The translations under genes were made by a program, and so were the position numbers. The notes beneath the pieces are model-generated. The model had not been told where the DNA came from. It was given only the letters and a program-made list of their open reading frames with translations, and searched no databases. Below are positions 59,901 through 64,000 of a stretch of 64,000 nt of DNA, in pieces. Origin of the DNA: Myxococcota bacterium (GTDB lineage: Bacteria; Myxococcota_A; Polyangia; Nannocystales; Nannocystaceae); assembly GCA_039028615.1 (NCBI GenBank), contig JBCCHT010000001.1, positions 608,001 to 672,000 of the forward strand, read 5' to 3'. The first letter of the stretch is position 1. Every line of letters starts with the position of its first letter.

Positions 59901-62070
59901 TCGGGCGCGGTTGAGTCGAGCGGACCTGAGTGGGGCTGATCTGCGGGATACGGATCTGCGCGAGGCGGATCTGCGTCATGCGAATCTGCTCGGCGCTCGG
60001 ATGACGGGGGCGAAGCTCGCGGGGGCGCAGCTGGATCGGGCGAAGCTGATCGGGGCTACGCGTGGGCCGGATGGCCTCGCGGAGGCCTCGACGCCCGGTG
60101 CTGCGTTGCCGGGTGCGCGGTTGAGACCGTTCGTGGCCACCGCGATCCAGCGAATCAACGCACTCGCGATGTCACCAGTTGGGCCATGGCTCGCGGTGGC
60201 CGATGGGCTCCACGTGAGGCTGTGGGATACCGAGCAGCAGGAAGAAGTGCGTCGCTTCGCGCCTGGGCGTGCCGAGGTTACGGCGCTCGCATTCGGAGCC
60301 GACGGCACGTTGGTGGTTGGCACGCGGGCGGGCGAGGTCTCGCGATGGAACGTCGAGCAATGGTCGCTGCGACAGACCCATGCGCACAGCCAAGCCGTAC
60401 TCGAGGTCGGCCTCGCTCACGATGGTTCCATTCTGTCGCTCGACCGCTCGGGCAATCTGCATTGCCCGAGCGGAATCGTGGCTCAACCCGGCATCGTAGA
60501 TGTCACGGCAGTCGCGGTTCACCCGGACTCCGGGCGCATCGCGGTCGGGTTCAGCTCTGGTGTGCTCCGCGTGCAGTGGGAGCACGGCATTGGGACGATC
60601 ACCCAGTCGCCCGCTCCGACGGCCCTCGTCTGGTCCAAGAGTGGTGACGAACTGGCGTACACGGGTCTCGACGGACGCGCGGGACTTGCGACGCTCTCGA
60701 CGGGGCAGTTGAAACTCACCGGCGCTCTCGCTCTCGTGGAGCCGACTACGGTCCTTTCCTCTGCGGGTGATGATCGATGGCTGACGGGGTCGGGGAACGG
60801 CCTAGTACGACTGTGGGAAAGCGGCAGGCTCCGCGGGACCGTCGACCAACACCCGGGACCTATCACAGCGATCGCGTGTGATCACCACGGTCGAGTTTGG
60901 TCGTCCTCCCACGAGGCAGGGCTCTACTGCGTGGAACTTCCGAGCACAGCGAAGGCGAACCTCGATGGCCTCACGTCCATGCACATGGGTCCAGAGCCAC
61001 GAAGGGGAGTCCGAGCGCTCGCGGTTGCCACCAATGGCAGCCTCACCGTCGCCGTCGACGAGCGAATCGTGAGCGTCACCCCCTCGCAGCGCATCGTCAA
61101 CGACATCCTCGACTGTGCAAACGCAGACGAAATCATCCTGTCCCGCGATGGCCTCGGTGTCACGACCCTCCACGGACGACAGCTCACCCTCCATCGTTTC
61201 TTTCCCTTCGAAGGCCGAGAACCCGTCAGATTGCGCCACGAGCTGAACCACGTGCCCACATGCGTGGCGACGCTCGGACCCGGCTCGGCACAAATCCTGC
61301 TCGCCACCGAAGGCGACCGCGGCCAAATCCAGCAGCTACGCCTGCTCGAAGAGGGCGAAGACGTGCTCGAGCACCGGGGCACCGTCGGTCGCGTGACGGG
61401 GCTGGCCGGGTCACCCGACAGTCGATGGATCGCCGCGGCGTGCAGCGATCATGTGCTGCACGTGCTCTCACCGCTGTCCCGAGAAGCTCTCGCTCCCCCT
61501 CTACTGCTCTCCGGGCATCGGCAGGACATCAGCGCGCTGGAGCTATGCAACGACGATCTCGCTGCATCGGGGTCGCTCGATGGCATGGTGATCGTCTGGG
61601 ACCTGCTTGCGGGTCGAGCACGACAAAAGTGGACCATGGCGGAAGGGGCCAACGCGCTGGCCTTCGGACCCGAGGAGATGGTCGCTGCGGGCGGCTTCAA
61701 CGGCACCGTGCAGCTGTGGACTCTCGGCCGCGATGAACCCACGGCGAGCATCGTGGCCCACGAAGGGAGCATCACGTCACTGCTCTTCGTGTCCGCTTCA
61801 CGACTGGTGACCGGTTCGAGGGATGGCACGGCTCGGGTTTGGCAGCTTCCCCAGATCGAGCTGCTCGCCACGCTCGCCCCGCTGCCCGAGGGCTGGGTCG
61901 CGGTCACGCCCGACGGTCGCTACAAAACGGGCGGCCGAGTGACGGGCGATCTATGGCACGTCGCTGCGCAGTGCCGTTTCGAGGTCGGCGAACTCGACGA
62001 GGTCCTGCCCGAGCTACGACTCGGACCGACAGACCCACTGATCGAACCGATGGGTTCAGCCAAGGGCTAG
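56914..62070 (+). CDS. STAND/NLR-like protein: metallophosphoesterase - REase-like linker - NACHT - pentapeptide repeats - WD40 repeats
   Basis: HMSDPQFG, TGDL, PGNHD, HH and HGHTH; Walker A GTFGTGKT; Walker B LLFDGFDE; A(D/N)L pentapeptides; GS.DG...VW WD repeats. Confidence 0.9.
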   Translation: MMTVVTSTPRVHRSPRILLHMSDPQFGRHHRPATGGTAADRDHDTLCARLLQDLAGLEHEGQRVQPELVVVTGDLSEQARPSEFAAFETFAQGLLEGLSLPRERLIVVPGNHDVSWAGCEAHFKQCEAEELEPQAPYWPKWRGYTDLFSRLYGGPQARFEFNEGRPYSLFVYESLRTVVAGLNSTMLETHRDGDHFGYVGEDQLRWFSEQLRPFMQQGWLRIAAVHHNVQRNSVDDDENLRDEPMFKQLLGEQVNLVLHGHTHDGTMGWLDARVPILSTGSAAVEAVARPHGVPCQYQVLRIEEDRVRRWTRAYNAAHHRWQADVAASASGNEWVHDHAVAFVDLHGVFPPQSAEDEVEEPLRLDPRRAAGVRSHGSGDDYLEQLAKICRLQRGHGEVARRHKGPPFIEYLEVRRQHGEHVELVPITGRASGVDEQALDDFAQRIVPAYRSRDPGVRPIFVYGGPPTSESLVERARAAGVWLRSYEQYCGLIDFRRYRAALAQRLGRDQNYPSDKYVGQRMVEHIGIEQKRHEDALASVRRWLDDERGRFVLVLGTFGTGKTFLLRELARRLAAEDGAVVPILVEMRSLEKGLRLEQLLAQHFALHDVEDYSPARFMRMLEDGRVVLLFDGFDELVVRSTYARAAEHFETIVSAARGRAKVVVTSRRQHFLSDHQAKEAVRQMLMQKVELVPGHRVVTLLPFEDDQIQRFLAWHLGDEAAAQERMKLIAEVRDLSGLSTNPRMLGFIAALTETELRAARDQQGSVSAARLYESLLTRWLAFEHDRRHPRGAAPGLSVDTRWDAVTELAERMWTQGEHQVGVAELEQLGEVLTELAKGSRQEAGFQIGSGTLLVRDEEGRFSFIHESVMEWLVARAAAEALADDEAPPLLGRGKMSQLLADFLIDLAGAKTVEAWSDRALAANMGTATADNALLVRRRLEVAGLIAPQAVAGEVDLRRLELEGRDLSGQRLARAKLTGADLRGANLRRTVLTGALLDRARLSRADLSGADLRDTDLREADLRHANLLGARMTGAKLAGAQLDRAKLIGATRGPDGLAEASTPGAALPGARLRPFVATAIQRINALAMSPVGPWLAVADGLHVRLWDTEQQEEVRRFAPGRAEVTALAFGADGTLVVGTRAGEVSRWNVEQWSLRQTHAHSQAVLEVGLAHDGSILSLDRSGNLHCPSGIVAQPGIVDVTAVAVHPDSGRIAVGFSSGVLRVQWEHGIGTITQSPAPTALVWSKSGDELAYTGLDGRAGLATLSTGQLKLTGALALVEPTTVLSSAGDDRWLTGSGNGLVRLWESGRLRGTVDQHPGPITAIACDHHGRVWSSSHEAGLYCVELPSTAKANLDGLTSMHMGPEPRRGVRALAVATNGSLTVAVDERIVSVTPSQRIVNDILDCANADEIILSRDGLGVTTLHGRQLTLHRFFPFEGREPVRLRHELNHVPTCVATLGPGSAQILLATEGDRGQIQQLRLLEEGEDVLEHRGTVGRVTGLAGSPDSRWIAAACSDHVLHVLSPLSREALAPPLLLSGHRQDISALELCNDDLAASGSLDGMVIVWDLLAGRARQKWTMAEGANALAFGPEEMVAAGGFNGTVQLWTLGRDEPTASIVAHEGSITSLLFVSASRLVTGSRDGTARVWQLPQIELLATLAPLPEGWVAVTPDGRYKTGGRVTGDLWHVAAQCRFEVGELDEVLPELRLGPTDPLIEPMGSAKG

Positions 62071-62073
62071 CCG

Positions 62074-63336
62074 CTACGCACTGCGGCGCACTTGCGTGTT
62101 CCGCCCACCAGCCGCCGACCGATCGTACTCGTTGTCGTCGTACCAAAACTCCCAGTGCCCGGTGTCGATCCATCTCTCGAATCGGCGGGTAAAGTCGTCC
62201 CTCGATTCCACCGCCGTCTCGGCCCACGGATAGATCGGGCGGTCTCCCGAGGTCAGCGGAGGAATCGCAATCCCCCGCGCTTGCAACAACGCCAGCCCCA
62301 TCAGCTCCGAGACGGCCCCCTGCCCCCGATGCGTCACCGTCAGGTGATTGACATCATAGGTAATTTTCGCTGCACAACGAATCACCACCCGCCGGTCTTC
62401 AGTCGCCAGACCTCGCTTCAGGCAGGCGTCCAAGCCGACCATCGCCGATTCGTATTGCGCCCGGCTGTAGCGAATGTGCCGTACACGAAAGCAGCGGTAG
62501 TTACGAACGAATCGCGTCTCGGCATGAACATCGGGAAACACCTCGATTTTGTGTACATCCTTGCGATCGAGGTGCTCCTTCAAGACGTCGTTGTACCGAT
62601 CATAGCGTCCAGGCCCAGACAGCCGTTCACGCAGAGGGGTGCCGTACCAGCCCGTTTCGTTGTCGTTGACTCGTACCTTGGAGAAGTACGCTCCATCGGG
62701 TGACCCCTCGGCCAAGCTCGCTCGCCAGTGCGTCGAGGAGTTGAGGTAGGCCGAAAACGCAGGGGCACCGGGTACGTCGAGCGTCGGATCGACCTGCTCG
62801 GGAAATCGGTTCGGGACCTCGTCGTAGCCCGCCCGTAGCCGCTCGGCGAAATCATCCATCTGTAGCTCGATCTTCTCGATGAACCCGCCCGCGTAGGGAA
62901 TGGCAGGGTCGCCCACCAGCTCGTCGCGCCCTTTGAAGGGCCGGGAGCCCTCGTAGTTCTCTCCGGCAAGCGCTCGTGCCGGGGGCAACGGTCGCGGCTC
63001 GACCTCGAAGCTCGCGATTGCCACCCGCCCCCGACGCACCTGGCACCGTAGGCACAACGACTTCGCATGCTTCGGCGCTCGTAGCCATCTCGACTCTAGA
63101 TCGGAAGTGACGACGACGGTGTAGTCCCCGGGCTCGAGGTCGGCGAACCGGGCCGGACAACCGACCGCCGTGCTCGCGGTGTGGCCGGTCTCTTCGATCC
63201 TCACCTCGATGCCACCGACCTCGGCCTTGTCCGCGTCGTGCACACTCACGAGCAACGTGCCGCGAAACCAACCGCACGAGCGCATCGGCATCCCGACCTT
63301 CTTGGCTCCCTCGCCGGCTGCAGCCCACCACGGCAT
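62074..63336 (-). CDS. Candidate secreted effector with Ig-like N-domain and AvrB-like Fido C-domain
   Basis: LLVSV.D..V.G.EV.I...ARF.DL.PG.Y.V N-domain; C-terminal H.T..HRGQGAVSEL...L.ARG..IPP...E....R..F. Confidence 0.5.
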   Translation of the reverse strand: MPWWAAAGEGAKKVGMPMRSCGWFRGTLLVSVHDADKAEVGGIEVRIEETGHTASTAVGCPARFADLEPGDYTVVVTSDLESRWLRAPKHAKSLCLRCQVRRGRVAIASFEVEPRPLPPARALAGENYEGSRPFKGRDELVGDPAIPYAGGFIEKIELQMDDFAERLRAGYDEVPNRFPEQVDPTLDVPGAPAFSAYLNSSTHWRASLAEGSPDGAYFSKVRVNDNETGWYGTPLRERLSGPGRYDRYNDVLKEHLDRKDVHKIEVFPDVHAETRFVRNYRCFRVRHIRYSRAQYESAMVGLDACLKRGLATEDRRVVIRCAAKITYDVNHLTVTHRGQGAVSELMGLALLQARGIAIPPLTSGDRPIYPWAETAVESRDDFTRRFERWIDTGHWEFWYDDNEYDRSAAGGRNTQVRRSA

Positions 63337-63343
63337 CGCTCGA

Positions 63344-63712
63344 TCAGGCTCCCCAACCCCACGAAAGGCGCGACTGAAGGAGCTGTGTCTTCTCGGCCCC
63401 GCTCAGCTCGACCTGCTCCAGCAGGGTCCGCGCCCACTCGAACCCGGTCCGCAGCTCGAACCCCGAGCCACGCTCCACGCTCAACAACACGAACCCCGCC
63501 ACGTCGGTCTCGTCATCGATCCCGTAGCCGACCGCACGGTCGATCAAGCCGGATACGAGCCGGTGGAGTCTCCCCTGCTCTTCTCCACGCTCGCGCCGAT
63601 CCGTGCGCGACGGAGGATGGACACGAAGCACCTGCTGTACGACGTCGGCGGTGAAGCGCGCCCGATCGGCCGACGCGAGCGCAGCGAGCTGCTCGTCCCG
63701 GATCTGAAACAT
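63344..63712 (-). CDS. Small protein resembling the T6SS DUF4123-associated C-terminal domain
   Basis: MFQIRDEQL..L...RF, I.RA..YGI..E.DVA.F and G.GF.....WA..LL motifs; GGAGG RBS. Confidence 0.6.
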   Translation of the reverse strand: MFQIRDEQLAALASADRARFTADVVQQVLRVHPPSRTDRRERGEEQGRLHRLVSGLIDRAVGYGIDDETDVAGFVLLSVERGSGFELRTGFEWARTLLEQVELSGAEKTQLLQSRLSWGWGA

Positions 63713-63919
63713 CAGCCGACCTCCGCCTCGGCACGCCCGGTGCTCCAGCCCGCGGCAGTCGTCCGCGCACCGTGAATGGATGAGATACGCCCACGACGAC
63801 GCGACCAGACCCACCGGACGTGAAGCGGCAGCGTTCGAGCGGTCTGCGGTCGGCCCACGTGGGAGGAAGTCACCGCCGCCGCCCGAAGTCATTCAGGAGG
63901 ACGGCGCCTTTTTTGTAGG

Positions 63920-64000
63920 CTATCCCTCGGTGGTCTCGTCTCCTTGGGTCGTCGATTCGCCGCTCTCGGTGTCTCCAGACTCACTGCCGCCGGTCCCCGA
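63920..64000 (-). CDS. 3' end of a gene entering from the right edge (S/T/G/E-rich tail), partial
   Basis: Frame reads SGTGGSESGDTESGESTTQGDETTEG then TAG at 63922-63920. Confidence 0.55.
   Translation of the reverse strand, partial: SGTGGSESGDTESGESTTQGDETTEG

Noticed and set aside
63712..63890. Possible DUF4123 gene ending in a TGATG overlap with 63712
   Set aside because: That frame is closed by a stop near 63890 and its translation shows no DUF4123-like sequence.

Overview
High-GC myxobacterial chromosomal window, probably Nannocystaceae-like; this is inferred from the many lipoproteins with S/T/D/G-rich tethers, Cys-rich MopE-type repeats, YTYSDMTG propellers and vWA lipoproteins. No rRNA, tRNA, CRISPR or IS element was recognised. 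The left end carries housekeeping genes (REC/degenerate GGDEF regulator, rplM-rpsI), lipoproteins, MscS, two GT-C-like membrane proteins and an unusual short PolA with a dead exonuclease domain and a truncated thumb. The centre (about 25.7-56.7 kb) is a dispersed cellulose/beta-glucan utilisation locus: GH5, GH1, CBM4-Ig-GH9, CBM2 and three CBM11-like lipoproteins, a LamB-like porin ending in WW, an expansin, a Cip1-like protein, a DUF1552/DUF1592 pair and a LacI-sensor diguanylate cyclase. Its regulation appears readable from the DNA. A TCATC-N17-(G/A/T)CC(T/A/C)C promoter-like motif precedes six transcription units, including an ECF sigma gene and a sensor-less sigma-54 activator. Five -24/-12 sigma-54 candidates precede other units, including the GH9/porin operon. 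The right end has an NLR-like metallophosphoesterase-NACHT-pentapeptide-WD40 gene, convergent with a candidate secreted effector carrying an AvrB-like Fido motif and a DUF4123-associated small gene. All family calls are by-eye motif recognition, not database searches.
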